A DNA stretch of 64,000 nucleotides from Tepidiformaceae bacterium (GCA_045562595.1 JBJKVN010000004.1:41460-105459); one strand, 5' to 3'. Positions 31,341 through 42,038 are shown, numbered from the stretch's first letter. Program-made: numbers and translations. The notes: generated by a model from the sequence alone, not told the origin.

Positions 31341-31473
31341 TAATAGGTTTAGTGTACTTCCGATTTAAGTTAGTTAACTATTGCAATCATCCTGAAATAG
31401 CTTTGATGCGTATCATAGTTTCCATATTATTGATAACATCTGTAAATCTCTTTTGCCTAAACAGGAGGTTACT

Positions 31474-32550
31474 GTGAAAGCTGCGGTATTACATGGCGTC
31501 GATCAGCCACTTTTGATCGAAGATATTGATATCGATGAACCCAGAGCAGGTGAGGTTCTCGTAAAGACTAGTGCGACTGGTGTTTGTCATTCGGATCTGC
31601 ATTTTATGGAAGGATTATATCCGACTAGATTCCCTGTCGTTTTGGGACATGAATCTGCTGGTGTGGTTGAAAAAATAGGTGATGGTGTGACGAATGTTGC
31701 TCCCGGGGACAGAGTCGTTGTTGCCTTTGTTGCATCCTGTGCAATTTGTGATAATTGTGTTCAAGGAAAGCCCTACTTATGTACTGGAGGGCAGGCTTTA
31801 GGACGTCATGATCGGTTATCTTTTGGTGGGGAGAGTGTTACACAATTTGCAGGGATGTCTGCTTTTGCGGAACACCAGCTTATAAGCGCTAGTGCTTGTG
31901 TGCCTGTCCCTGATGATGTGCCAATGGAGGTTGCAGCACTTGTTGGTTGTAGTGTTATGACCGGAGTTGGTGCTGCTTCAAATACTGCACGCATTGAAGT
32001 CGGCTCGACCGTCGCTGTTGTTGGGTGTGGAGGTGTTGGTTTGAATGTAATTCAAGGTGCTATTGCCTCTGGTGCTTCACGCGTCATCGCGGTAGATATG
32101 CTGGAGAATAAGCTTGCTTCTGCTAGGGAGTTTGGTGCCACTGATGTAGTTGATGCATCATCTGGTGATCCTGTAGCTGCTGTACAAGATCTTGTCCCGG
32201 GTGGTGTAGATTATGCATTCGAAGCAATTGGACTGACAGTTACAGCAGAGCAATGTTTTGAAATGATTAAACGTGGGGGAAGAGCAGTTATTGTCGGCAT
32301 GCTTCCAGCTGCTTCATCAGTTACGCTTCCAGGGGCTGCTTTCCTTGGTGAAAAGGGAATGATTGGTTCTTTCTATGGATCTACCAGACAGACTCATGAC
32401 ATGCCTTGGTTAATGGAACTGTATCGGCAAAAGCGTTTAAAAATCGATGAACTTATCTCTCGAAGATATGATCTCGATGGTATTAACGATGCCTTTGCTG
32501 CCTTAAAGAACGGTGAGGTAAATAGGAGTGTAATTACTTTTGAGGAATAA
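31474..32550 (+). CDS. Zinc-dependent alcohol dehydrogenase (class III / MDR family)
   Basis: The track ORF starts at TTG 31453, but AGGAGG (31463..31468) plus a 5-nt spacer points to GTG 31474. GVCHSDLH, GHESAGVV, the structural-zinc Cys cluster CAICDNCVQGKPYLC, and GCGGVGL (Rossmann). Confidence 0.88.
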   Translation: MKAAVLHGVDQPLLIEDIDIDEPRAGEVLVKTSATGVCHSDLHFMEGLYPTRFPVVLGHESAGVVEKIGDGVTNVAPGDRVVVAFVASCAICDNCVQGKPYLCTGGQALGRHDRLSFGGESVTQFAGMSAFAEHQLISASACVPVPDDVPMEVAALVGCSVMTGVGAASNTARIEVGSTVAVVGCGGVGLNVIQGAIASGASRVIAVDMLENKLASAREFGATDVVDASSGDPVAAVQDLVPGGVDYAFEAIGLTVTAEQCFEMIKRGGRAVIVGMLPAASSVTLPGAAFLGEKGMIGSFYGSTRQTHDMPWLMELYRQKRLKIDELISRRYDLDGINDAFAALKNGEVNRSVITFEE

Positions 32551-32574
32551 AGTAATTAGAGCAAAACAAATTAA

Positions 32575-32600
32575 GAAAACCCTGATAAATCAGGGTTTTC
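32575..32600. terminator. Perfect hairpin between convergent ADH and osmC (bidirectional intrinsic terminator)
   Basis: GAAAACCCTGA-TAAA-TCAGGGTTTTC is an 11-bp perfect stem with a 4-nt loop, flanked by A/T runs on both sides. It abuts the osmC stop. Confidence 0.75.
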
Positions 32601-33023
32601 TTAATTTTCCAATGAGGCAGTTACGATAATTTCAGGGACACTAGCAAGTGCTTTTGAAACTGGACAATTTTCTTTTGCTTGCGTAACTAGTTCTTGAAAG
32701 GTCTCTTCGTTAATCCCTGGTACCTTCGCCTCGCAATAAAGTTCTATTTTTGTGATTGTAGGACCATCTTCCAGATGTACAGTTGCACTTGTTTCAACTT
32801 TATCAGGTGTTATTTCATTATTTGAGATCAATGCCGATAAGAACATTGAAAAACAACCTGCATGTGCTGCACCAATTAGCTCTTCTGGATTGGTTCCCTC
32901 TTCTTCTTCAAATCGACTTGCAAATGTGTATGGTCCCTTATAGGTTCCTGCACCGATACTCATTTCACCATTTCCGTCTTTTAAGGTGCCGTTCCAAGTT
33001 GCAGTTGATTTCCGAATAGCCAT
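32601..33023 (-). CDS. osmC: OsmC-family peroxiredoxin / organic hydroperoxide reductase-like protein
   Basis: 140 aa. ATWNGTLKDGNG N-terminus and two conserved Cys contexts (AHAGCFSM, ENCPVSKAL). GGAG SD 7 nt upstream. Confidence 0.88.
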   Translation of the reverse strand: MAIRKSTATWNGTLKDGNGEMSIGAGTYKGPYTFASRFEEEEGTNPEELIGAAHAGCFSMFLSALISNNEITPDKVETSATVHLEDGPTITKIELYCEAKVPGINEETFQELVTQAKENCPVSKALASVPEIIVTASLEN

Positions 33024-33115
33024 AAGTTTCTCCGCTTTGTAAGTATTTTTTATAGCCTAACATGCTTACGTTATTGCTTAGGGCCAAAGTTCCCAATGAC
33101 CGGTACAATCGGCTT

Positions 33116-34381
33116 ATGTTAGCGCCGCTTCCCCTTGATGGAATACGTATTTTAGATTTGACCTGGATAATTGCTGGGCCTGTCTGTACGCGTATTTTGG
33201 GTGATTTTGGTGCAGATGTTATCAAAATTGAGCATGAGCAAGCAGTGGATCCTATCAGAATGGGTCGACCAATAATTGGGGATGGACCAACTCTTAACAA
33301 TTCTGGATTTTTTAATTATATCAATCGTAACAAGCGAAGCATTCTTCTTAATATTCGGCACCCTGAAGGTTCAGAGGTATTTTCACAGTTAGTTACAGAG
33401 TCTGATGTTATCATCGAAAATTTTTCTAGCGGTGTACTAGAGTCGTGGGGTTTTGGGTACGATCATTTAAGAGAACTGCGCAAAGATATTATTTATTGTT
33501 CTGTTTCTGGTTTTGGTCATAGTGGGCCTGACAACCATTACACTACTTGGGGTCCAACTGCCCAAGCGTTAAGTGGCCAAACGATAATGTCAGGTTTACC
33601 TGATGCACCCCCTGCTGGCTGGGGTTTTTCCTTTATGGATCATACTGCTGGTTATTCAGCTGCAATTGCGATTCTTATGGCTCTATATCATCGTGATGTA
33701 GCAGGTGATGGACAATACATTGATCTTTCACAAGTGGAAGCTGGATCAGTGCTTACCGGTTCTGCCGTACTTGATTACACAGTTAACAATCGTGCATGGA
33801 AACGGGTAGGGTTCCCCCCAGGGAATCATGCGTGGGAACCTCAGGTTGCGCCTCATAATACTTATCGGACACTCGAGAGAAATGGTGATGATGATCAATG
33901 GATCGCGATAGCTTGTTTAAGTGATGCTGAATGGGAATCATTTGTACGTGTACTTAAACTCAGTGATGACCTGTCGAATGAGTGGATTAATGATTCAGCT
34001 TTTTCAACAAATGAAAGTCGTTTACGCCATCAAGAGAGTCTAGATAGGAATATTGAAAAGTGGACTCGTGCCCGTGACGGATATGAAGTAATGGCACTTT
34101 TGCAGTCTGCTGGTATAAAGGCTGCAGTATGTCAGAAGCCTGGTGACCGCGTCGAGACAGATCCACAGTTGGATTTTCGGGAATGGTGGCAGACCGTATA
34201 TCATCCTGAATTGGGCCAGAGTACATATGATGGAGTAGCTCCTCTTTTGCAATTGACTCCGGGTTCAGTTCGCAAAGCTTCGCCAATGTTTGGTGAGCAT
34301 ACAGATGAGGTTATGCAGGAAGTTCTTGGTTTATCAAGTCATCAGATTGCTGATCTTCGAGCGAAGGGAGTTTTTATGTAA
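33116..34381 (+). CDS. Family III CoA-transferase (CaiB/BaiF family), paralog 1
   Basis: Track ORF from 33062. MLAPLPLDGIRILDLTWIIAGPVCTRILGDFGADVIKIE is the canonical family N-terminus, so I chose ATG 33116. Confidence 0.88.
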   Translation: MLAPLPLDGIRILDLTWIIAGPVCTRILGDFGADVIKIEHEQAVDPIRMGRPIIGDGPTLNNSGFFNYINRNKRSILLNIRHPEGSEVFSQLVTESDVIIENFSSGVLESWGFGYDHLRELRKDIIYCSVSGFGHSGPDNHYTTWGPTAQALSGQTIMSGLPDAPPAGWGFSFMDHTAGYSAAIAILMALYHRDVAGDGQYIDLSQVEAGSVLTGSAVLDYTVNNRAWKRVGFPPGNHAWEPQVAPHNTYRTLERNGDDDQWIAIACLSDAEWESFVRVLKLSDDLSNEWINDSAFSTNESRLRHQESLDRNIEKWTRARDGYEVMALLQSAGIKAAVCQKPGDRVETDPQLDFREWWQTVYHPELGQSTYDGVAPLLQLTPGSVRKASPMFGEHTDEVMQEVLGLSSHQIADLRAKGVFM

Positions 34382-35607
34382 TGGGCCCTTTAGAGAATCT
34401 GACAATAGTTGAAATGTGTGGTCCATTAGGGGAATATGCTGCGAAATTACTTGGTGATATGGGTGCAAATGTAATAAAGGTTGAACTTCCTACAGGGTCG
34501 CCTTCGAGAGAAATTGGTCCATTCGTTGATGATATTCCTGGACCAAATCGTTCACTTAATTTTTTTTATCACAATACGAATAAGCGTTCAGTAGTGCTTG
34601 ATTACAGAAATAGTGAAGAAGATAGAAATCTTTTACTTGATTTGATTCACGAAGCAGATTTAGTAATTGAAGATCATGTTCCTGATGATTTACCGAGTTT
34701 AGGCATACAGTACGAAGAAATCGCAAAACGGAATACCGGTCTTTTATGGTGTTCGATCACACCATATGGGCTTGATGGACCTTGGTCACAGTATGGGGCA
34801 TCTGACATGACTGCTTTGGCTGCAGGTGGTCCAATGTCCATGAATGGTTATAGTCCGGAGGATGTTCCAGATGCACCGCCTATACACGGAAAAGGTGATT
34901 TGGCTTATAAAACTGCAAGTCACTATGCAGTTATCGGAATATTAGTCGCATTACGGCATCGTTTAAAGAGCGGGGAAGGACAATTAATTGATTGTTCCAT
35001 GCACGAAGCCTTAAGTAGTACGACTGAAGTTGGGTTACCTTATTGGTTGTACACAGGGAAAAATATCTTGAGACAGACCAGTAGGCATGCATCAGTGCAG
35101 CGTACTGATCCTTGGCAATTTCCAACTGCAGATGAGAAGTATATTCTTGTTTTCGGTACTGGTAGATCTGCCGAGTCTTGGCTTGATTTTAAGAAATGGC
35201 TTCAGAATGATGGGTTCGGTCTGCAATTAGATGATGCCCGTTTTGATGATCCGTTGGCACGCCAAGGTGGTCGTGGAACCACAGAATCGAAGGAAATAAA
35301 TAGTGAGTTAGCAAAATTTATTGCGAGCAAAAGTGCTGAAGAAATTTATCGAGGAGCTCAGGATCGCCGTCTTCCTTGGGGAACAGTACGTGAGCCTCAT
35401 GAAATATTGGAAGATAATCACTTTCGTTCACGAGGTCATATAGTGTCTGTTAGTATTTCTGACGAAAATAAAGAGCATGAAATGCCAGGAGCTCCTTACC
35501 ATTTAAGTTCCACTCCATGGGAACTTAGATTACCGGCTCCAGAGCTTGGTGAACATACAGATGATGTTTTAGGTGATCTTCAAGATAATTCTCTAAGGGA
35601 TCGATAA
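34381..35607 (+). CDS. Family III CoA-transferase (CaiB/BaiF family), paralog 2
   Basis: 408 aa. LENLTIVEMCGPLGEYAAKLLGDMGANVIKVE. The start overlaps the paralog-1 stop by 1 nt (TAATG). Confidence 0.88.
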   Translation: MGPLENLTIVEMCGPLGEYAAKLLGDMGANVIKVELPTGSPSREIGPFVDDIPGPNRSLNFFYHNTNKRSVVLDYRNSEEDRNLLLDLIHEADLVIEDHVPDDLPSLGIQYEEIAKRNTGLLWCSITPYGLDGPWSQYGASDMTALAAGGPMSMNGYSPEDVPDAPPIHGKGDLAYKTASHYAVIGILVALRHRLKSGEGQLIDCSMHEALSSTTEVGLPYWLYTGKNILRQTSRHASVQRTDPWQFPTADEKYILVFGTGRSAESWLDFKKWLQNDGFGLQLDDARFDDPLARQGGRGTTESKEINSELAKFIASKSAEEIYRGAQDRRLPWGTVREPHEILEDNHFRSRGHIVSVSISDENKEHEMPGAPYHLSSTPWELRLPAPELGEHTDDVLGDLQDNSLRDR

Positions 35608-36168
35608 AACAACACCTATCTGCATTTTTTGGCAATCTTCCTCAGTTAATCCGTTTGTCGTTAATAGTTCAGTTAAAGTGACTGTGTACATTTTCGCAAT
35701 CTGTCCACAAGTGTCTCCTTGTTGAACAATATGTTCGATATTTTCATCTCTTACTGTCACTGTAGGTTCACTTTGTTGAGGTGGGGGAGTAGCTAATATG
35801 TCTCCCTCCTTCAGATTCATACAATCATTTTTGAGTTGCGGATTGCTTTGAAGGATCAAATTAACCGTGGTTCCAATTTTTTCAGCGATCGTATTACATG
35901 TTTCACCATCTCTAACGATATATGTTGTTTCACTAGGTTCCGCTATATCTTTTATTAACTCACTTTGGGAAATTTCAGTACCATCGGAAGCCTGATATAT
36001 TTTCATATCGGGATCGAGATATGCTGTAGGTACTGCTTTAGGTTCCGTGATTTTTTTCGTGTGTTTGGCAATTTCAATTTCAGTATTGCGACAAGAGAAA
36101 GTTAAAAATGTAGCAAAGATTGCTGTGGTTAGAATTATTTGGAAAGAGACACGAAAAGTTTTTTTCAT
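35593..36168 (-). CDS. Secreted or membrane-anchored protein with two LysM domains
   Basis: 191 aa. Hydrophobic N-terminal signal/anchor (MKKTFRVSFQIILTTAIFATFLTFSC) and two LysM repeats (YIVRDGETCNTIAEKIG..., HIVQQGDTCGQIAKMY...). The 3' end overlaps the convergent CoA-transferase by 15 nt. Confidence 0.75.
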   Translation of the reverse strand: MKKTFRVSFQIILTTAIFATFLTFSCRNTEIEIAKHTKKITEPKAVPTAYLDPDMKIYQASDGTEISQSELIKDIAEPSETTYIVRDGETCNTIAEKIGTTVNLILQSNPQLKNDCMNLKEGDILATPPPQQSEPTVTVRDENIEHIVQQGDTCGQIAKMYTVTLTELLTTNGLTEEDCQKMQIGVVLSIP

Positions 36169-36173
36169 TTTTG

Positions 36174-36680
36174 CTAATCGCGAAAAGGTTTCTTAATTTT
36201 TATCCGGAAGTTTTGTTTTTTAGCACCATATTCGATATATCGCCCGCGCCAATAACCACCTTGAGTCCCCTTGCTAGCCCTGCTAGGGAAAACTCTTCCT
36301 TTATAATTTTGTTTTGAGATAAACAAGTTCCATACAAAGCCAGTTAAAAAAATTAGAATCCCAGCGAAAGCAATCCATAGGAAACCTTCCCAGCCCCAGA
36401 TAATTTTCAGCAGGAAGCCACTTATTGCCAAAACGGAAGATGATATAAATATTTTTGATGATGTCAGGTTTACTTTTGAAAACACTGACTTTTTTTCAAA
36501 TCTACGGTTTTTATTCAGACTCTTCCAGTGCCCGGATACGCCAGGTTTTTTAGTGAAAGGAATAATTTCGGGATGCTCCGTTGGTTTATTTTCCGTTTCT
36601 CCAGAAAATTCACTGAATTTCGAAAGTATTTCTTCGATCTCTCTTTCTACTTTATCTGGCATATTCAAAAGATAGGACAA
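36174..36680 (-). CDS. Hypothetical membrane protein (168 aa)
   Basis: Charged N-terminal region, two predicted TM helices (IFISSSVLAISGFLLKIIW, FLWIAFAGILIFLTGFVW) and a basic tail. I recognise no family. ATG 36662 is an alternative start. Confidence 0.5.
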   Translation of the reverse strand: MSYLLNMPDKVEREIEEILSKFSEFSGETENKPTEHPEIIPFTKKPGVSGHWKSLNKNRRFEKKSVFSKVNLTSSKIFISSSVLAISGFLLKIIWGWEGFLWIAFAGILIFLTGFVWNLFISKQNYKGRVFPSRASKGTQGGYWRGRYIEYGAKKQNFRIKIKKPFRD

Positions 36681-36689
36681 AAGTGAAGA

Positions 36690-38249
36690 TTAGTCGATTT
36701 CTCCTTTTTTACCCCAGCCTCCTCCTCCTGGTGTTTCTATACGCAAGCGATCACCTTTTTGAACTGTGAGTTGTACTGAACCTTCTAACTTGGTTTCTTC
36801 TCCATCCGGGTCTATATAAGTATTCTGGGCAGGAATCCCATCGATACCTCCTCTAAGTCCAAGTGCACCTTTCTTCCTGCGATCTCCTACTATACTTGCG
36901 ACCATATTTGTTAGAAATTCTATCTCTCTTACTAATCCATTGCCGCCTTGTTGTTCACCTAGGCCTCCACTGCTTGATCTGACTGAAAAGTTTCTAACAC
37001 GTACTGGAAATTCTGTTTCTATTGCTTCCGTTGGTGTATTTAGGGTGTTTGTCATATGTGTTTGAATGCCGTTTTCACCTGGGCTATTGGGCCCTCCACC
37101 AGAACCGCCGGGGATTGTTTCGTAATAGGCGAATGGCTGATTACCAGAAGCACTCCCAAAGGTGAAATTACTCATTGTTCCAGCACTTGACGCGGGAATA
37201 ATATTGGGCAGGGCTATAGATAGCGATCTTAAAACTACGTCTGTAATTCTTTGAGACGTTTCTACATTTCCTGCAGAAACTGCATGTTGAGCTGTTGCGT
37301 TAACAAGGCTTCCTTCTGGAATAATAGTTTTTATAGGTCGCGATACGCCTTCGTTTGAAGGCGTATCTTGAGGTAGCAAGCAACGGATGCAGTACAGTAC
37401 AGCTGATCTTGTAACTGCTGCGACTGCATTAATAGAAGCTTCTTGTTGTTTTGCTGTTCCAGTGAAATCAAAAGTAATAGTGTCACCTTTAACGGTTGTT
37501 TTCACGCAGATTGGTAGCAATACGTTTTCTTTTCCTTCCATGTGATCTACGGCTTCATAAATGCCATCAGGTATTTCAGAAATAGCGGATCTTGTTAATC
37601 GTTCCGCATAGTTTTTTAGTTCGGACATCCAAAAAGCGACTTTAGTAATATCATGCTTTGTAACTAAGTCTTGTAGTCTTTTTGCGCCAATTGCAAGTGC
37701 TCCTATTTGTGCTTCAAGGTCTCCTATTCGTTCATTAGGTGTTCTCACATTTCTTAGTAAAAGTTCGAGAACTTCTTGGTTGCGCACACCTTTCTTATAT
37801 AGACGGAGCGGTGGAATTATTAATCCTTCTTGATAAAGTTCTGATGCAACAGGCATTGAACCGGCTGACATTCCCCCTATATCAGCATGATGTGCTCGAT
37901 TTGCAACAAAGCCAAGCATCGTACCTTTTGAAAAAACAGGTGATACAAGTGTTATATCTGGCAGGTGAGTTCCGCCTAAATATGGATCATTCAGGATTAC
38001 CATGTCGCCTTCATCCCAAGGGGCAAGACGAGATATAACTTTTATTGCTTCAGGCATGGCACCCAGGTGAACTGGGATATGGGCTGCTTGGGCAACCAGT
38101 CCCCCTTCTATGTCAAACAAAGCACATGAAAAATCTTTACGTTCACGTATATTTGGCGAATGTCCAGTACGCCACAAAGCTATACCCATTTCATCTGCAA
38201 TCGATGATAGTAATAAGTTCCAGATTGACAGTTGTGCTGGGTTACTCAC
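36690..38249 (-). CDS. Hydantoinase B / 5-oxoprolinase B-type subunit (HyuB family)
   Basis: 519 aa. Hydantoinase_B blocks (DFSCALFD, LNDPYLGGTHLPDIT, NRAHHADIGG). GTG start overlaps the hyuA-like stop. Confidence 0.88.
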   Translation of the reverse strand: MSNPAQLSIWNLLLSSIADEMGIALWRTGHSPNIRERKDFSCALFDIEGGLVAQAAHIPVHLGAMPEAIKVISRLAPWDEGDMVILNDPYLGGTHLPDITLVSPVFSKGTMLGFVANRAHHADIGGMSAGSMPVASELYQEGLIIPPLRLYKKGVRNQEVLELLLRNVRTPNERIGDLEAQIGALAIGAKRLQDLVTKHDITKVAFWMSELKNYAERLTRSAISEIPDGIYEAVDHMEGKENVLLPICVKTTVKGDTITFDFTGTAKQQEASINAVAAVTRSAVLYCIRCLLPQDTPSNEGVSRPIKTIIPEGSLVNATAQHAVSAGNVETSQRITDVVLRSLSIALPNIIPASSAGTMSNFTFGSASGNQPFAYYETIPGGSGGGPNSPGENGIQTHMTNTLNTPTEAIETEFPVRVRNFSVRSSSGGLGEQQGGNGLVREIEFLTNMVASIVGDRRKKGALGLRGGIDGIPAQNTYIDPDGEETKLEGSVQLTVQKGDRLRIETPGGGGWGKKGEID

Positions 38250-40161
38250 TATTCTTGTACTCCAAAATTAAATTTCCAGAGTCATCTTCTTTTCCCTGCC
38301 AACCTGGTGGAATGAAAATTGTAGTATCGCTTTGTGTGATCACCACAGGTCCCTGAACCTTTTTTGGTAAATTGTCTCTGGAGTAAAGGCGTGAAGGTGT
38401 TCCTTCAATTTGTATAGACAGATTCAGGCTGTTGTTTGTGCTGTTTTCAAAAACGGGGATGTGTGGATTTTTTCCTTCGCCACGACAACGTAGTGCTACG
38501 ATTTGCACTTCCCTCTTGTGGTTAGCAAAACCATATTCTTTCTCATGTAGCTTGTGGAAAGAACTTGCTAAATCATCAGTAGGTGAAAGTATGGGAGTAC
38601 GCAGTTCATGTGCCTGACCTTTGTAACGAGCATCTACTGACCATTTTAGTAAGTTAATTGTTTCCCCAATTGATGAAAAGTCCTCTTGTATTTGAGATTC
38701 TAATTTTTTTGAGGTTTGTACTAACCTTTCTTTTATTTGTGGGTCAGATAAAGCTAATAAAATTGTTTCGCTACGTTCAATAACTTCAGTTGCGGTACCG
38801 ATTCCAATTGCAGAAAGTACGCCTGGTTTACTGGGTATCAAAACTTTTTTTATCCCGACTTCTTGAGCGAGCTCGCAAGCGTGTAAAGGACCTGCTCCAC
38901 CGAAGGCGACTAAACTAAAATCTTCAGGCTCGTATCCGCGTTCGACACTGACTTTTCGTATTGCTTTTGCCATTGTTGCGTTGGTTACTTCAATAACTGA
39001 TTTCGCACTTGATGAGGGTTCGCCAATATTTCCTAACGCGGTGCGTGATCGTTCTAAGTTAAGCTCTATTTTTCCGCCTAAAAGTTGTTCTGTTCTTAAG
39101 CGGCCTAATACAAGATTTGCATCAGTAACTGTTGCCTCTGTTCCGGTACCGTAACAAGCTGGCCCGGGGTGTGCCCCCGCGCTTTCTGGGCCAACAGTAA
39201 GTGCTCCGCCATCGTCAATTTTTGCCAAAGAACCTCCTCCAGCGCCAACAGTTATGATGTCAATTAATGAGGTTTGTAGAGTAAGCCCATCAATTTCTGC
39301 AGTATTCCGAAAATTGGGACTTCCGTCACACAGGGCTACATCTGTGCTTGTACCTCCCATATCGAAAGTTATAATTTTGGATAGGTCTGAAGCCTGTGCT
39401 ATTTTTAGTGCTCCTAAAACACCTCCTGCTGGTCCACTCATAACTAAAGAAACAGGTCTTTCGCTCGCGAGTTCCGCACTCGTTAGACCTCCTGCCGAAT
39501 GCATAATTCTTAAGTCAGGTTGTTTCTCTGATAATTCGTCTAAATAGGAACGAATTGTAGGTTGTAAGAATGCATTCAAAGCAGTCGTGCTGGCGCGCTC
39601 GTATTCTCGGTACTCGGGAGATACTTCTGAGGAAACGACCACATGAAGGCCGGCGGTTCTTAATGCTCGAGCAATTTGTGATTCATGCACATTATTTAAA
39701 AAGGAAAATAGGAAGCATATAGCAAATGTTTCCGCACCACTCTGTAGGGCTAATTTTCGGACTCTTGAGATCTCTTTTTCAGTAAGGGGTGTGATTATTC
39801 GGCCATGTGCATCTATTCGTTCATTTACGGAGATTGCTTCATCACTGGAAGTAACATGTGGTGTACGGCTTGGAGTAAGGTCATAACAATTTTCACGTTC
39901 TTGTCTACGGATCTGTAATAAATCTTGAAAACCAGCAGTCGTGATCAAAACTGTTTTTGCACCTTTCCTTTCAAGTATTGCGTTGGTTGCAATGGTACTT
40001 CCATGCACTAATTGATTAGATGATCCTGAAAGACCGGAAAGAACAGCTTGAGCTGGTTGCGAAGGTGTTGAAAGTGTTTTCCAAGTTCGTACGACACCAT
40101 CATTAAATTCTACAAAGTCAGTAAATGTTCCCCCAATATCTACCGCTAGTGTCTTCTTCAT
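38242..40161 (-). CDS. Hydantoinase A / 5-oxoprolinase A-type subunit (HyuA family)
   Basis: 639 aa. VDIGGTFTDFV, FDMGGTSTDV, and the ASKHA-fold ATPase of the hydantoinase/oxoprolinase/acetone-carboxylase family. Confidence 0.88.
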   Translation of the reverse strand: MKKTLAVDIGGTFTDFVEFNDGVVRTWKTLSTPSQPAQAVLSGLSGSSNQLVHGSTIATNAILERKGAKTVLITTAGFQDLLQIRRQERENCYDLTPSRTPHVTSSDEAISVNERIDAHGRIITPLTEKEISRVRKLALQSGAETFAICFLFSFLNNVHESQIARALRTAGLHVVVSSEVSPEYREYERASTTALNAFLQPTIRSYLDELSEKQPDLRIMHSAGGLTSAELASERPVSLVMSGPAGGVLGALKIAQASDLSKIITFDMGGTSTDVALCDGSPNFRNTAEIDGLTLQTSLIDIITVGAGGGSLAKIDDGGALTVGPESAGAHPGPACYGTGTEATVTDANLVLGRLRTEQLLGGKIELNLERSRTALGNIGEPSSSAKSVIEVTNATMAKAIRKVSVERGYEPEDFSLVAFGGAGPLHACELAQEVGIKKVLIPSKPGVLSAIGIGTATEVIERSETILLALSDPQIKERLVQTSKKLESQIQEDFSSIGETINLLKWSVDARYKGQAHELRTPILSPTDDLASSFHKLHEKEYGFANHKREVQIVALRCRGEGKNPHIPVFENSTNNSLNLSIQIEGTPSRLYSRDNLPKKVQGPVVITQSDTTIFIPPGWQGKEDDSGNLILEYKNSE

Positions 40162-42038
40162 CAGATATGTTCCTTTACAGTTTCCGCAAGACTACGAGTA
40201 AAACCGATGGTGGCAGCTATTTGATCTGTCTCTGCTTCTCTTAAGGCCTTTAAGGAGCCAAATTTTCGTAGAAGCGCTTTTTTGCGCTTAGGTCCTATTC
40301 CGGGAATTGTATCAAGTGCACTTTGTTGAGCCGCTTTGTTTCGCAGCTTTCTGTGATATGTAATAGCAAAACGATGTGCTTCATCTCTAATACGCTGAAT
40401 CAGATAAAGCGATTCAGAGTTTTCCTTCAAAATTATTGGATTATCCTCATCAGGTAAGAAAATCTCCTCATGACGCTTAGCAAGACCAGCTATAGGGATA
40501 TGGTAGATCCCAAGTTCTCGCATTGTTTTGACGGCAGCGCTTAGTTGTCCCTTACCACCGTCAACAATTACCAAATCAGGGAGAGCCCATTTTGTATCAT
40601 CAGAAATAGTGGTTGTCTCTTCTGAAGCCTCTTGGGCAGCAATTACAAATTGGTCAGCTGCTTTTTTAAAACGTCGATTCAGGACTTCTCGCATTGTTGC
40701 AAAATCATCTGCCCCAGCTACCGTTTTAATTTTAAATTTACGATATTGTTTCTTGTTTGCGCTTCCGTTCTCGAATACCACCATACTCGATACCGCATGT
40801 GTGCCCTGCAGGTTCGAGTTGTCATAGCATTCTATGCGATTCGGTTTTTGGCTAAGCGCCAATTCCTCTTGTATTTCCTGGAGAGCTATTTCCACCTTTG
40901 TTTTATCGGATAACCATTGCTGCTTCAATGAGATAAGCGTCTCATACGCATTTTCCGAAGCCATTTCAGAGAGCTTATGTTTTTCGCCACGTTTGGCTAT
41001 ACGAATTTTTACTTGAGCACCTTTTTTAGTACTCAAAATTTGTTCTAAATCGTCTAAGCCATCTGGTAAAAAAGGTACGATGATTAGTTTTGGAATAAAT
41101 TGTGCGCTTTCGTAATACTGTTGCAGGAAACTTTCTAGTATCGTTTTGTCTTTTTCATCACTAGTACCTTCCAGAACGAAATGGTCTCGGCCAGTCATTG
41201 ATGTTCCACGAATAAAAAATACTTGAACACAGGCGTGGTCTTTGTCTCTGGAAATCCCAAAAATGTCCAAGTCCTCCTTTTTTGTTGTTGCTAGCATCTG
41301 ACGTTCCATAGTGTTTGCTAAAGCAGTTATTTGATCTCGTAACATTGCTGCTCGCTCGTAGTCCATTGAAGCAGAGGCAGATTGCATTTGACTCTGTAAC
41401 TGCTTTAGAACTGTGTCAGATTTTCCTTCCAGAAACATAATGATTTGGCTGACAACCTCTGCGTACTCTTCCCGTGAACAGTAGGACGTGCAGGGTGCTA
41501 TACATCTCTTAATGTAATAATCGAGGCAAGGACGTGGGTCATTACCAGTGATTGGTTTTGTGCAGGAGCGATAAGGGAAAAGCTTTTTTAGTAGGTCAAG
41601 TGTTGATCGAATAGATCCTGCATTTGCATATGGTCCGAAGTATCTGGCACCATCTTTTTCAATTCTCCTTGTGATATATACACGAGGCCAGTCATTTTGC
41701 ACATCGATTTTCAAGTATGGGTAGCGCTTATCATCTTTTAAGCGAATGTTAAAAAAGGGCTGGTGACGTTTTATAAGGGTTGCTTCTAGGATTAATGCTT
41801 CGCCAGGGTTCGCACATATGATGTACTCAATGTTTGCTATGTGTTCTCGAAGTATCCGTGTTTTTGGTTCTAGGCTCCTTGAGGATCCGAAATAGGAGCG
41901 CACTCTATTTTTTAAGTTTGTGGCTTTTCCTACGTAGATCACTTCCCCTTTTTCATTACGCATTAGATAAACACCAGGTTTTTGTGGCATTGTTTTAACT
42001 TGTTGTGTTAGTACTTGGGAGGATGTTTTTGTCTCCAT
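40161..42038 (-). CDS. uvrC: Excinuclease ABC subunit C (UvrC)
   Basis: 625 aa. GIY-YIG domain (PGVYLMRNEKGEVIYVGKA), UVR domain, Endo V-like domain and a C-terminal (HhH)2 (IPGIGPKRKKALL). Confidence 0.95.
   Translation of the reverse strand: METKTSSQVLTQQVKTMPQKPGVYLMRNEKGEVIYVGKATNLKNRVRSYFGSSRSLEPKTRILREHIANIEYIICANPGEALILEATLIKRHQPFFNIRLKDDKRYPYLKIDVQNDWPRVYITRRIEKDGARYFGPYANAGSIRSTLDLLKKLFPYRSCTKPITGNDPRPCLDYYIKRCIAPCTSYCSREEYAEVVSQIIMFLEGKSDTVLKQLQSQMQSASASMDYERAAMLRDQITALANTMERQMLATTKKEDLDIFGISRDKDHACVQVFFIRGTSMTGRDHFVLEGTSDEKDKTILESFLQQYYESAQFIPKLIIVPFLPDGLDDLEQILSTKKGAQVKIRIAKRGEKHKLSEMASENAYETLISLKQQWLSDKTKVEIALQEIQEELALSQKPNRIECYDNSNLQGTHAVSSMVVFENGSANKKQYRKFKIKTVAGADDFATMREVLNRRFKKAADQFVIAAQEASEETTTISDDTKWALPDLVIVDGGKGQLSAAVKTMRELGIYHIPIAGLAKRHEEIFLPDEDNPIILKENSESLYLIQRIRDEAHRFAITYHRKLRNKAAQQSALDTIPGIGPKRKKALLRKFGSLKALREAETDQIAATIGFTRSLAETVKEHI

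Noticed and set aside
31369-31378. Perfect 10-bp palindrome TAGTTAACTA in the rluB/ADH divergent spacer, as a possible operator.
   Set aside because: It is short and entirely AT-rich in an AT-rich spacer. There is no adjacent regulator gene and no second copy in the window, so chance occurrence is likely.
32601-33023. OsmC as a second selenoprotein candidate, since OsmC-like Sec proteins exist in marine metagenomes.
   Set aside because: Both redox Cys codons are ordinary Cys codons in an uninterrupted 140-aa ORF, and there is no in-frame TGA.
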